Of a stretch of 64,000 bases of DNA, positions 37,309-47,035 are shown in pieces. Both the position numbers and the translations under genes were made by a program. Source of the stretch: Candidatus Magasanikiibacteriota bacterium (GTDB lineage: Bacteria > Patescibacteriota > Patescibacteriia > Magasanikbacterales > GWA2-37-8). The DNA lies in NCBI GenBank assembly GCA_030650025.1, contig JAUSEN010000015.1:13728-77727 (forward strand), given 5' to 3'. The notes under the pieces are model-generated. The model was not told where the DNA came from, did no database searches, and saw only the letters and a list, made by a program, of their open reading frames with translations. Within the stretch, counting starts at the first letter, position 1. Each line of letters starts with the position of its first letter.

Positions 37309-38592
37309 CTAAATCAACTCAAAACCACAGTATTTAACTAGCGCTTCCGGAACCTTAATATGCCCATCTTGAGTCTGCCCATTTTCCATAATTGCAATTA
37401 AAGTCCGGCCGATGGCATAAGCCGTGGCGTCGTTCATATGCGCGTATTCAACTTCTCCAGTAGCGCGTTTAACTCTTGTTCCAAGTCTACGAGCTTGAAA
37501 ATCGGTCATATAATCAGCCGTATGCGTTTCGCGATATTTACCTTGGCCCGGCAGCCAGGATTCGATATCAAATTCTCGGTAGTCTGGCTGGCCCATATCG
37601 CCGGTGCATTTTAAAACCACTTGATAGGGCACGCCGAGAGACGCCATTAAATATTCTTGAATAGCCACAAAAAAATCCTGCTCGGCTTCGGAAATCTCCG
37701 GGGTAGTAAAAGACTCCATTTCGAGCTTATCAAACTGATGGACACGAAAAATACCTTTAGTATCTTTGCCGTAACTCCCGGCTTCGCGCCGGAAAGCCGT
37801 AGAAAAACCTAGTAAACGAATCGGCAGTTCCGATTCTTTAAGCGTTTTATTCATATAAATCGGTCCGAGGGTATGCTCGGCGCTCCCCACCAAGTAAACA
37901 TCATCGCTCGGGATATGGTAGCGTTCTTCTTTGGGTTCGAGGCGCCCCATTTTCTGCATCACGTCCGGCCTAATCATGACCGGGGGAATTATTAAAGTAA
38001 AAGGCTTGGCCGTCACCTTTAAATCGCGTTCCTTAATAATTTCTTGGAGTTTAGTCTCGTTTGTTAAAATAGAAATCGCGTGGTTAAGAAGCGCGAATTC
38101 TAATTGGGCTAACTTTCCTTTGATATAGGCGAATCTCGAACCACTGACTTCGGCGGCTGTTACTAAATCAATTATTTTTAAAGACTCACCGAGCTCAAAG
38201 TGCTCTTTAGGTTGCCAATTAAAAACTGGCGCTTCCCCAACCTTTTTCACAACTATGTTACCAGACTCGTCTTTTCCAACCGGCACGCTGCTATGCGTCC
38301 GGTTAGGCAGACGCAACAAAATTTCCGTGATGTCTTCATCTTTTTCTGCTAAAATATCTTCTAATTCCGCGATTTCCTCGCCCAGCTTACGCATTAAAGC
38401 AATTTCTTCCTCGGTTGGTTTGGTTTTAGAGCGTTTATTACGTTCGGCCCGGAGGCCCTCTACTTTGTGTTTAAATTCATTTCGTTCTTCGTCTAATTTG
38501 AATAATAATTCCAAATCAATTACCACCCCGCGGTTTTTATTGTTAGCCAACGTCTCGGTTTTATGTTCTTTTAGATATTTAATATCGAGCAT
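37309..38592 (-). CDS. serS: seryl-tRNA synthetase
   Basis: N-terminal coiled-coil arm, class II motifs (FRREAGS, GLGVPYQVV-like region). Confidence 0.92.
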   Translation of the reverse strand: MLDIKYLKEHKTETLANNKNRGVVIDLELLFKLDEERNEFKHKVEGLRAERNKRSKTKPTEEEIALMRKLGEEIAELEDILAEKDEDITEILLRLPNRTHSSVPVGKDESGNIVVKKVGEAPVFNWQPKEHFELGESLKIIDLVTAAEVSGSRFAYIKGKLAQLEFALLNHAISILTNETKLQEIIKERDLKVTAKPFTLIIPPVMIRPDVMQKMGRLEPKEERYHIPSDDVYLVGSAEHTLGPIYMNKTLKESELPIRLLGFSTAFRREAGSYGKDTKGIFRVHQFDKLEMESFTTPEISEAEQDFFVAIQEYLMASLGVPYQVVLKCTGDMGQPDYREFDIESWLPGQGKYRETHTADYMTDFQARRLGTRVKRATGEVEYAHMNDATAYAIGRTLIAIMENGQTQDGHIKVPEALVKYCGFELI

Positions 38593-38602
38593 AGCGCCTC
38601 AT

Positions 38603-39442
38603 TTAAAATTTCGCCAAAAGCTTGGTGATTAATATCCGATTATTTTTGAGAATTTTGGTAACCAAAGGGAAAGCTTGTTTCTCTTGGATCGCTTGGTTTA
38701 GCGACCGCCAGGCCATTTTTATCACTTCTTTGTTGTCGAGCTTGACCCTGCCGCTAACTATAGCACAAGCATAAATTTTAATAAAGATCTCATATGATCC
38801 CGGTTTTCTATAATTTCTGCGCTGTTCCTGATACCAACCAGGGCAAGGTTTAATGACTTTAATTTGGAGGCCGGTTTCCTCTTTAATTTCTCTGCTTAAG
38901 CATTCCTCCTCGCTCTCCCCCATTGCTAAACCACCGCCGGGCAATTCCCATAAATTGTTAAACTGCGGGCGGTAGTCGCGCCGGAGTTGCAGGTAGATTT
39001 TATTTTTGTTTAGTATGATTCCAAAAATCGCCACGAACCGGCGTTTTATTTTATTTTTTAATTTAGAACCTTTAAAAATGTTTGGATAATACGGTTTTAA
39101 TCTAATAATTTTAATTTTTCCGCCAAAGCGTTGTTTCAGGCCATTAACAAAAAATCTCTGGTCATAGCCGAGCGCGATAATATCCGGTTTAACCCGCTCA
39201 ATGATTTTAAATTTATCTCCCAAATTCCCCAAGCGCACCGCATCAGCTATTTTTAATTTGCGCACCCGCCGCGCTCGCGTTTGCTCTGTGTATTTAGCCC
39301 GTGTTTTTTTGTATTTAAGCACGGTTCGGTCGCGGCTGATGATCACTGTCAAATGTGATCCTAATTTTTTGGCGGCTTTTAAAGCGGCAATATGGCCGGC
39401 ATGTAAATAGTCAAAGGTACCAAATGCGATGACTCGGGTCAT
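38603..39442 (-). CDS. fusion: RibL-like (archaeal-type) FAD synthetase / cytidylyltransferase domain + NUDIX hydrolase domain
   Basis: N-terminus AFGTFDYLHAGH, VIISRDRTV, PDIIALGYDQ closely resembles RibL; C-terminus has canonical Nudix box GGGLAMGESEEECLSREIKEETGL. Confidence 0.7.
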   Translation of the reverse strand: MTRVIAFGTFDYLHAGHIAALKAAKKLGSHLTVIISRDRTVLKYKKTRAKYTEQTRARRVRKLKIADAVRLGNLGDKFKIIERVKPDIIALGYDQRFFVNGLKQRFGGKIKIIRLKPYYPNIFKGSKLKNKIKRRFVAIFGIILNKNKIYLQLRRDYRPQFNNLWELPGGGLAMGESEEECLSREIKEETGLQIKVIKPCPGWYQEQRRNYRKPGSYEIFIKIYACAIVSGRVKLDNKEVIKMAWRSLNQAIQEKQAFPLVTKILKNNRILITKLLAKF

Positions 39443-39456
39443 ATTAAATTTAAAGC

Positions 39457-41646
39457 TTACGGCGCTAATTCCACCTCGGTGGCAATGGATTTTATAGCAT
39501 CGATGGCGAGCTGTAAGAATTCTTCCAGACTCAAACCCAGATGCTCACATTCTTTAATAACTGAACGGTTAACCGTAGCCGCGAAACTTGAGTCTTTAAA
39601 TTTTTTGAGTAGCGATTTAACTTCGAGTGAAGCAATTTTATCAGGCCGGAGCCTGGCCGCGGCGTGCACGAGCCCGGTAACGGTTTCGCCAGCGGCAAGC
39701 GCAAATTCGATGTCCCTTGTTCGGACTTGATCTATTAAGCCAGCGCATTCACAGCCATAGCCATGCGAGAGCATTACCTCGATAAAATAATCAGGAAAGC
39801 CCGCGTCTTTCAAGAGTTTAGGAGCCAGTGTTAAGTGGTTTTTTGGTGTCTCATACGTTAAGTCCCAATCAATGTCATGAAGCAACCCGGCTGTCCCCCA
39901 CCAATCTTCATCTTTCCCCAGGCGCTTGGCCAGCGCGCGCATAACCGCTTCGGACTCTAAATAGTGATTAAAACTAGCGGGCCGATGGTTATATTTTTTC
40001 AAAAGCTCTAACGCGCCCGCGCGGTCCATTGGTAGCAGTGGTAAATTATCATGTGCAGGCTTTGTTATTGCGGTATTGTGAGTAGCGTTAGAAGTCGGAC
40101 TGATCGTTTTTTGATACTCTGGCCGGAGGGTCGGAAATAAAATAACCTCTTTTAAATTTTCTGCGTTTGCTAAAAGCTTAACCAGGCGGTCTATCCCCAT
40201 GCCAAACCCAGCGGTTGGTGGCATACCATGTTTCAAGGCAGTCACAAAATCCTCATCAAACGGCATGCTCTCTTCATTGCCGCGCGCTTCGTTCTCTGCC
40301 TGCTCTCTAAAGCGCGCTTCTTGGTCCAGCGGATCGTTAAGCTCGGTAAAGGCATTACAGAGCTCGTTGCCGCCAATACACAGCAGTTGGAAACGCTCTA
40401 CATACGAAGGGTCGGCCGCCTTTTTTTTAGCGAGTGGAGACAATTCCACCGGGTGATCAATCATAAAAATCGGGTTCACAATGTGTGGCCGCACGTATTT
40501 TTTATAAATATCGTCGATTAGTTTACCGCGATCAGCGGTGGTATCTACCTCATTGCCGAGTAATTTTTTGGCCGCGCCAAGCATCGCGTCGCGGCTTGGG
40601 AAGTCTTCAATATCAAGCTTAGCATGTTTTTTTATCAGATCACGCATTGAAATACGTGGGTATGGCGGCGTAAAATCCACTGCCACATCACCAGTTTTAA
40701 ATTTAAGTGGGAGCCCAGCAGATTTAATAATCTTCGGCAAAAGATCCTCGGTCAAATTCATGAGGTCATTGTAGTCTGCATATGCAGAGTAAAATTCAAT
40801 TTGGGTAAATTCTGGGTTATGGTTATAATCAATGCCCTCGTTACGAAAACATTTGGCGATTTCATATACTTTCTCAAACCCCCCCACGATTAAGCGCTTT
40901 AAATATAACTCTGGAGCAATTCGTAAGTACAGCGGAATATCAAGAGCATTATGATGCGTAACAAAAGGCTTGGCGAGCGCGCCGCCGTATAATGTTTGGA
41001 GTATTGGCGTTTCCACCTCATAAAAACCGTGCGCGTCAAAATAATTACGCATCTCCCTCACGAGCAAACTGCGCATTTTGGCAATACGCATTGACTCGTT
41101 ATTCGCGATTAAATCAAGATACCGGCGGCGATAACGCTGTTCAATATCAGTTAAGCCATGCCATTTTTCTGGCAATGGCAAAAGCGCTTTAGCAAGCACT
41201 GTGTACTCCCCTACTAATAAACTGGTTTCCCCCGTGCGCGTGGCAAACAAAAATCCCGTGCTTTGCAGAAAATCACCAACATCAATATACTTAGCTACAA
41301 ATTTAAACTTATCCTCTCCGAGGTGCGCTTCGGTAAAAACCAGTTGCAGTTCTCCGGAGCCGTCTCGTAATTTACAAAAAATAAGCTTGCCGATATCACG
41401 CTTCGCGACAATTCGCCCCACCACCTCGATACTGCTTTTAACTGCCGACTTAGGCACGGGTTTTGTTAAGTCGAGCTCCTGAACCGGCGTAATTACAGCG
41501 GTAGCCAAATCAACCCGTCCGGTTTTAAACACTACGCGTGCCGGGAATGGGTCAATATTATTTTTACGCAACTCGTCTAGATGCTCTAAACGGATAACGT
41601 CTTCTTTAAGAAGTTTAGGGTCAATTTTTGGCTCTGGTTTCTCCAT
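39457..41646 (-). CDS. lysS: lysyl-tRNA synthetase (class II) with C-terminal HD-domain phosphohydrolase extension
   Basis: OB-fold anticodon domain, class II motifs; about 230 extra C-terminal residues after a low-complexity linker containing H...HD...H...D pattern (GLLHDIDWDL). Confidence 0.85.
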   Translation of the reverse strand: MEKPEPKIDPKLLKEDVIRLEHLDELRKNNIDPFPARVVFKTGRVDLATAVITPVQELDLTKPVPKSAVKSSIEVVGRIVAKRDIGKLIFCKLRDGSGELQLVFTEAHLGEDKFKFVAKYIDVGDFLQSTGFLFATRTGETSLLVGEYTVLAKALLPLPEKWHGLTDIEQRYRRRYLDLIANNESMRIAKMRSLLVREMRNYFDAHGFYEVETPILQTLYGGALAKPFVTHHNALDIPLYLRIAPELYLKRLIVGGFEKVYEIAKCFRNEGIDYNHNPEFTQIEFYSAYADYNDLMNLTEDLLPKIIKSAGLPLKFKTGDVAVDFTPPYPRISMRDLIKKHAKLDIEDFPSRDAMLGAAKKLLGNEVDTTADRGKLIDDIYKKYVRPHIVNPIFMIDHPVELSPLAKKKAADPSYVERFQLLCIGGNELCNAFTELNDPLDQEARFREQAENEARGNEESMPFDEDFVTALKHGMPPTAGFGMGIDRLVKLLANAENLKEVILFPTLRPEYQKTISPTSNATHNTAITKPAHDNLPLLPMDRAGALELLKKYNHRPASFNHYLESEAVMRALAKRLGKDEDWWGTAGLLHDIDWDLTYETPKNHLTLAPKLLKDAGFPDYFIEVMLSHGYGCECAGLIDQVRTRDIEFALAAGETVTGLVHAAARLRPDKIASLEVKSLLKKFKDSSFAATVNRSVIKECEHLGLSLEEFLQLAIDAIKSIATEVELAP

Positions 41647-41682
41647 AGATAGGGTTTATTATAGCGCACTTTTAATTAAGCG

Positions 41683-41715
41683 TCAAAAATAAAAACTGGC
41701 CGCCTCTGCAGCCAG
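41683..41715 (-). terminator. rho-independent terminator after greA
   Basis: Minus-strand hairpin CTGGCTGCAGAGGCGGCCAG followed by TTTTTATTTTT. Confidence 0.55.
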
Positions 41716-41730
41716 TTGGTCGCAAGTTAC

Positions 41731-42192
41731 TTAACTAATCTCTAGAATCTGGTAAACAGCCTCTCCGGACGGCACCTTGACTGTGACTTGGTCGCCCTTT
41801 TTATGCCCTAAAAAGGCCTCGCCGAGAGGCGATTCATTGGAAATAAGCCCTTTACTAGGGTTTATCTCTTGCGGGCCTACAATCGTATATGACTTTTTTT
41901 GCCCGTTTACTTTAACCAGTAGTTGGCTGCCAATCCCGACTAAACCAGCCACTGTTCGGGTTATCACTTGAGCCGTGTTAATGATTTGTTCGAGTTCTCG
42001 CATTCTCCCCTGCGCCCAGGACATATCCTCGCGCGCCTGGTGGTATTCGGCATTCTCTGACAAATCACCCTGCTGTTTAGCTTCGTCAATGCGTTTGGCA
42101 ATTTCGGGAATCTTGGCATCCTTTAAATTCCCGAGCTCTTGCTTGAGAGCGGCCAAACTCTCGGCCGAAAGATATTGAATTGGTTCATCCAT
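41731..42192 (-). CDS. greA: transcription elongation factor GreA
   Basis: N-terminal coiled-coil with acidic tip (DLSENAEY), C-terminal FKBP-like domain. Confidence 0.85.
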   Translation of the reverse strand: MDEPIQYLSAESLAALKQELGNLKDAKIPEIAKRIDEAKQQGDLSENAEYHQAREDMSWAQGRMRELEQIINTAQVITRTVAGLVGIGSQLLVKVNGQKKSYTIVGPQEINPSKGLISNESPLGEAFLGHKKGDQVTVKVPSGEAVYQILEIS

Positions 42193-42239
42193 AAAATTTA
42201 ATTTTCTATATTATAACAGGACACCTAAAATTGTGTCAA

Positions 42240-44222
42240 CTAATTTTCACCCTGTTTAAACCACCAACTTAAAAAATCTCTGGCTATTGGCATGGCAATG
42301 GCCGCGCCCTCCCCGCCCTCTTCCGCCAAAACAGTCACCACAATTTTAGGGTTTTCAAACGGAGCGAAAGCCGTGAACCAGGCGTGGGTTGGTTTCGTGG
42401 CGCTCCACTGGGCTGTTCCGGTCTTTCCGGCCGAGGCCAAGGGCAGGGTTTTAAGCAATTGGCAACTCCCACTTACCACGCACGCCCGCATCCCCCGCCT
42501 GACAATTGCCATGGTAGCAGGCGAAATATCTTTAATTTTTTCCGTAGCAAATGTCAAAGGCTGTTCTAATTTTGAAGTGGGGTCGATAATCTTTTCTGCC
42601 AAATGCGGCGTTACTAGTAAGCCACCGTTAGCTACCGCCGCTGTGTAGCGCGCCACTTGAAGCGGCGTCACTAATAAATCCCCCTGGCCAATAGAAATAT
42701 TATAAGTGTCACCCACAAACCAGCGTTCGCCTTTATTGGCTAATTTCCACTCGGGCGTAGGAATAAAACCGGTCGCTTCGGCCGGCAAATCTATCCCGGT
42801 TGGTTGGTTAATCTTGAAAGCCGCCAAATACTTGTAAAGCCGGGTTAAGCCTAAGCCAGCAAAATTCTTGTAACCGCCCCCGACATAGTAAAAATAAGTA
42901 TTTACCGACCAAGCTAAAGCGCGCGTGATGTTCGTAAAACCATGGCCGCCCGCTTTCCAATCCTTAAAAAACCAACGACCTACTTCTAGCCCCCCCGTAC
43001 TGTTAAAACCAGTCGTTTCATTCACGACGCCCTCTTCTAAAGCCGCCGCCGCCACCATGAGCTTCGCCGTGGAACCAGGGGGGTATAAACCGGTAATAGC
43101 TCGATTAAACAAGGGATTGTTTGGGTCTGATCTGTAACGATCGAATTGTTGCGTAGAAATTCCCCCGGAAAAATCATTGTTGTCATAAGCTGGCCAGCTC
43201 ACCAAGGCTATAATTTTACCAGTATTTGGTTCCAGCGCAATCGCGCCAAATTTTTTTTTGCCTGTTCTTTTGGCTGTGGTGGCGACCAATTTTTCTAAAT
43301 AACGCTGGGCCGGTAAATCCAAGGTTAGATACAAATCAGACCCCGGAGCGGGCGGATCCACGGCTAAAACCGCGCGTTCTTTGCCAATGGCGTCCACCTC
43401 AATTTTGTTTCTGCCGACTGTGCCTCGGAGAATATTTTCGTATTGCTTTTCTAATCCCGCTTTCCCAATTTCGTCTGGTAAATTATAACTATTCGATAAT
43501 TTGGCATATTCCTCGGCGGTTAATTTACCTAAATATCCTAAAATGTGCGACAGGCTATCCGTGCTCGTAACAGCGCTCGCGCCATCTGTAAATTTTTGAG
43601 CGTACCAGCGTTTCATGCCGCTCTCTACGGCCACGCCCGCTAAATCAGTATGTTGGATATAAAGTCGCAGCGCTGTCTTATAGTCAAGGTTATCTTTAAT
43701 AACGAGCCGGTCGATTTTAAATGAACGATAATGATTGATGGCGTCTTCAATCGCGGGTACGTCTAAACCGCTTTCCTTAGCTACAATTTCCAGTGTTTCT
43801 AGGCGGGCATTTTCCGCGCGCGGCAAATCTTGCAGGGACAGCACCAAACTAAAAGCCGGGACGTTTAAGACCAACTGCTCCCCACTTCGGTCATAAATAA
43901 TTCCTCTTTCGGCTATAATCGGCTTAATACGAATTCGATTACCCTCGGCGGTGGCGCGATAAGTCGATCCCTGCCAAAGCTGTAAACGAATTAGCTGGAC
44001 AATAATTAAGCTAAGCGCCAAAGTAATAATAAAAAACAAACGATTAGCTTTAAATTGATATATGGCCGTTCCTAAAAAACGCTCCGCCCCTTCGGAAGAT
44101 GCTGGCGGGTCCTTAATCTGGACGCTTTCTTCAATCCAGGAATGACGAAATTTTCCCTTGAGCTTCAATCGATTCGTGTCCGACTCTGGCCAGAATTTAA
44201 ATTGGCGGTCTTCAGGGGACAT
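42240..44222 (-). CDS. mrdA: penicillin-binding protein 2 (elongasome transpeptidase)
   Basis: TM anchor, dimerisation domain, transpeptidase motifs STAK (SxxK), SWN/SVN (SxN), KTGTA; follows mreBCD. Confidence 0.85.
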   Translation of the reverse strand: MSPEDRQFKFWPESDTNRLKLKGKFRHSWIEESVQIKDPPASSEGAERFLGTAIYQFKANRLFFIITLALSLIIVQLIRLQLWQGSTYRATAEGNRIRIKPIIAERGIIYDRSGEQLVLNVPAFSLVLSLQDLPRAENARLETLEIVAKESGLDVPAIEDAINHYRSFKIDRLVIKDNLDYKTALRLYIQHTDLAGVAVESGMKRWYAQKFTDGASAVTSTDSLSHILGYLGKLTAEEYAKLSNSYNLPDEIGKAGLEKQYENILRGTVGRNKIEVDAIGKERAVLAVDPPAPGSDLYLTLDLPAQRYLEKLVATTAKRTGKKKFGAIALEPNTGKIIALVSWPAYDNNDFSGGISTQQFDRYRSDPNNPLFNRAITGLYPPGSTAKLMVAAAALEEGVVNETTGFNSTGGLEVGRWFFKDWKAGGHGFTNITRALAWSVNTYFYYVGGGYKNFAGLGLTRLYKYLAAFKINQPTGIDLPAEATGFIPTPEWKLANKGERWFVGDTYNISIGQGDLLVTPLQVARYTAAVANGGLLVTPHLAEKIIDPTSKLEQPLTFATEKIKDISPATMAIVRRGMRACVVSGSCQLLKTLPLASAGKTGTAQWSATKPTHAWFTAFAPFENPKIVVTVLAEEGGEGAAIAMPIARDFLSWWFKQGEN

Positions 44223-44225
44223 AAA

Positions 44226-44768
44226 CTATTGTTTCACATCCAAAATATACGCCGGGTTTACTCTCCTAATAAAAATTGCAATCACAAAATAAATAATAAT
44301 GCCTGCCCCTAGGGAGACGGACGCGCTGGTGATAATAAACCACGCTTGATTAATTATCACTAGATCACTTGAAGGGAAAAATAATGATGCCACTACCACA
44401 TAGACGGTTCGTGCCAGGTGGAAACAAAGGATTGCCACACTCAGCAAAAAAATTACTGCCGGAGTTGAACGGTTCGTAATAACTCGACTTATTAAAACCG
44501 CTACTAAAAAATATTCCGCCAAGAGCGCGATTAAAATTGATCCGGGCAAACTACTACTGATTAGTTCCGCAAAAATTCCGGTTCCCAAAATCAGCCCAAA
44601 AACACTTAGTTTGTCAGTGAGGTAAATTTGTAACCAAACCGGAAAAATAACAATTAACAAGATTGCTTTAAACGGCGCGGGCGCGAGCAATACCAGCCAT
44701 TCTTGAATAAAGACCAGCCCATAAGCCGCCAGCAAAACCACCAAAAATTTTATTAGCCCTTTCAGCAT
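44226..44768 (-). CDS. mreD: rod shape-determining protein MreD
   Basis: 180-aa polytopic membrane protein in the mreB-mreC-mreD-mrdA position. Confidence 0.55.
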   Translation of the reverse strand: MLKGLIKFLVVLLAAYGLVFIQEWLVLLAPAPFKAILLIVIFPVWLQIYLTDKLSVFGLILGTGIFAELISSSLPGSILIALLAEYFLVAVLISRVITNRSTPAVIFLLSVAILCFHLARTVYVVVASLFFPSSDLVIINQAWFIITSASVSLGAGIIIYFVIAIFIRRVNPAYILDVKQ

Positions 44769-45541
44769 TAGTAATCAACAATTATATTTAACTGTTTAAC
44801 TTGAGCCAAAGGCGCCGGGGGAATCAAAACAGCTTGTTGAAAAGGCTGATACGCTTCATTCTCAATAATCGCCACCGTGCCAATTAATAAACCAGCTGGC
44901 AAACCATCTTCTAACCCCGAGGATATTACTCTTTGCCCCACCGATACTATATCATTGCGCGGTATGAATTTCATCCGGAGGCTAAGTCCAAAACCGCCGT
45001 CTACCACCCCTTCACTGTTGGTTTCGTTTTGGATTCTGGCGCCGACGCTACTCCTAGTGTCGGACATTAATCTCACCCAAGCGACGGTACGGCTTGTTTT
45101 GATTACTTTCCCGATCAATACCCCTTCATGAGAGATGGCGGCGTTGCCAACCTTAACACCGTCATCTTGCCCGCGATTAACTAAAAGAACTTCGGCCGCC
45201 GCGTCTAAATCCCTCCCCACAACATCAACGCCGATAGTAGTTAATTGACGTTTTATTTTAAAATTAAGTTGCTTGCGGAGTTCGGTATTTTCATTTTTGA
45301 GGCTGCTCAATTCTGTTTCCGTTACTTGACCAATTAGTAATTTTGATCGGCATTCCAACAAATTGGCGGTTAGTTCATCGGCAGAATTAAAATTTTTAAA
45401 AATATAACGAATCGGAGCGGTAAAATTAGTTCGTAAAAAGGTTACTATAGCGCTAAACCAAGACAATTGAAACAAAATCAAAACCAGCACCGCTCCGGTG
45501 CCAGCCAAAATAAAATTTTTGGTTGTTTTAAATTTCGCCAT
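44768..45541 (-). CDS. mreC: rod shape-determining protein MreC
   Basis: TM + coiled-coil + beta-rich C-terminal domain; follows mreB. Confidence 0.75.
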   Translation of the reverse strand: MAKFKTTKNFILAGTGAVLVLILFQLSWFSAIVTFLRTNFTAPIRYIFKNFNSADELTANLLECRSKLLIGQVTETELSSLKNENTELRKQLNFKIKRQLTTIGVDVVGRDLDAAAEVLLVNRGQDDGVKVGNAAISHEGVLIGKVIKTSRTVAWVRLMSDTRSSVGARIQNETNSEGVVDGGFGLSLRMKFIPRNDIVSVGQRVISSGLEDGLPAGLLIGTVAIIENEAYQPFQQAVLIPPAPLAQVKQLNIIVDY

Positions 45542-45548
45542 AAAGAGG

Positions 45549-46592
45549 CTACATATTATTAGGCCCGTTAACCGCCACTTCTTTCAAGAGATCCTCTTCA
45601 TCTAAAAGCACTCCCGTACCGCGCACTACGGCTGTCAGGGGGTCGTCGGCAATTCTCACGGGAATTTCTAAAGCGCGCTGAATAAGTTGATCAATGCCTC
45701 GGAGTAGCGAACCTCCGCCGGAAATAAGCAACCCCCGTTCGTGAATGTCGGCCACCAATTCGGGAGGCGTAATTTCTAAAATTGATTTTATACTATCCAC
45801 CATCGTCCGCAAAGACTTGATAATCGCTTCGCGCACCTGGGAGTCATTAATCATTACTTCCCTCGGCAGACCGGTTAATAAATCGCGCCCGCGCATGGGA
45901 AACTGGATAGTGTCCGTAAGTTCCACCGCCGAACCAACGCGAATTTTAATCTCCTCGGCCTGGCGTTCCCCGAGCAGCAAATTAAACACGTCGCGCGCGT
46001 ACTGAATAATATTCCGGTTTAATTCATCGCCCGCCACTGTTATTGACTTGCTTGTGGTAATGCCGCTTAAGGATATTACGGCGATTTCACAAGTGCCTCC
46101 ACCCATTTCCACAATTAAATTGCCGATTGGTTCTCGGACCGGCAGGCGGAGCCCAATCGCCGCGGCCATTGGTTCTTCCACAATCCAAACTTCGTGGGCG
46201 CCGGCATTTAACACGGCATCACCAATCGCGCGCCTTTCTACTTCCGTAATGTTTACGGGCGCGCCAATTACCACGCGCGGACGAGACAAAAACGCTCGCC
46301 CCGAATTTTCCTTGACTTTATCTATAAAATAGCGCAGCATTTTTTCGGCCACTTCAAAATCCGATATGATGCCGCTGGTGAGTGGCTTGGTGGTAATGAT
46401 ATGAGGAGGAGTTTTCCCGAGCATTTCCTTAGCTTCGTGGCCAACCGCTAAAATTTGCTCGGTGCGCGTATTTACCGCGACCACGCTTGGTTCGTTTATG
46501 ACTACTCCCCGGCCTTTAACATAAACTAAAGTATTGGCCGTTCCAAGGTCAATACCAAGCTCCGTTCTAAATTTATTCAACCATTTAAACAT
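45549..46592 (-). CDS. mreB: rod shape-determining protein MreB
   Basis: Actin-like ATPase motifs (IDLGTANTLVYV, GGGTCEIAVISL, LISGGGSLLRGI). Confidence 0.92.
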   Translation of the reverse strand: MFKWLNKFRTELGIDLGTANTLVYVKGRGVVINEPSVVAVNTRTEQILAVGHEAKEMLGKTPPHIITTKPLTSGIISDFEVAEKMLRYFIDKVKENSGRAFLSRPRVVIGAPVNITEVERRAIGDAVLNAGAHEVWIVEEPMAAAIGLRLPVREPIGNLIVEMGGGTCEIAVISLSGITTSKSITVAGDELNRNIIQYARDVFNLLLGERQAEEIKIRVGSAVELTDTIQFPMRGRDLLTGLPREVMINDSQVREAIIKSLRTMVDSIKSILEITPPELVADIHERGLLISGGGSLLRGIDQLIQRALEIPVRIADDPLTAVVRGTGVLLDEEDLLKEVAVNGPNNM

Positions 46593-46983
46593 AAGGAGAA
46601 TTGCGGAATTTTCGTTTTGTAAAAAATGTCGCTTCTAAAAAAATTAAAAATAGAATATAAAGGGGGGCGTTCCACCAAGTTAGGAGGGACTGCCCCAGCA
46701 AAATAAAAATTCCTACCAAACCGACCCCTATTAGCACGGATTGCCGAAAAGCATTTTTAACGTGGCGAAAGACCAGCTCGTCATTGCGAATAAAATACCG
46801 CCGCACTATGATCCCCAAAACAGAACCAGAGCCAATCAACGCTAAAAATAAACTGATATAGAAAAAAGACATCTCCAGAGCCGAAGCGGCTAAGGGATTA
46901 ACTAAAAAAAGAGTAAAACCCCAGCCCAGCCAACAAATCGCTGTTCCGAGTACCATCAGTAAGAGATATTGTTTAAGAGTCAT
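46585..46983 (-). CDS. hypothetical small membrane protein
   Basis: 132 aa, 4 predicted TM helices. Confidence 0.4.
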   Translation of the reverse strand: MTLKQYLLLMVLGTAICWLGWGFTLFLVNPLAASALEMSFFYISLFLALIGSGSVLGIIVRRYFIRNDELVFRHVKNAFRQSVLIGVGLVGIFILLGQSLLTWWNAPLYILFLIFLEATFFTKRKFRNSPYV

Positions 46984-47035
46984 AACTTCGTTATGTTAGC
47001 CTATTATTAGACGAAAAGCAAGCTTAAACCAGAGT

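Noticed and set aside
37309-41730. T-box or other riboswitch leaders upstream of serS, lysS, gltX
   Set aside because: Upstream spacers are only 10-135 nt and are occupied by terminators or the preceding gene; no specifier-loop/T-box consensus (AATTAGGGTGGNACCGCG-like) seen.
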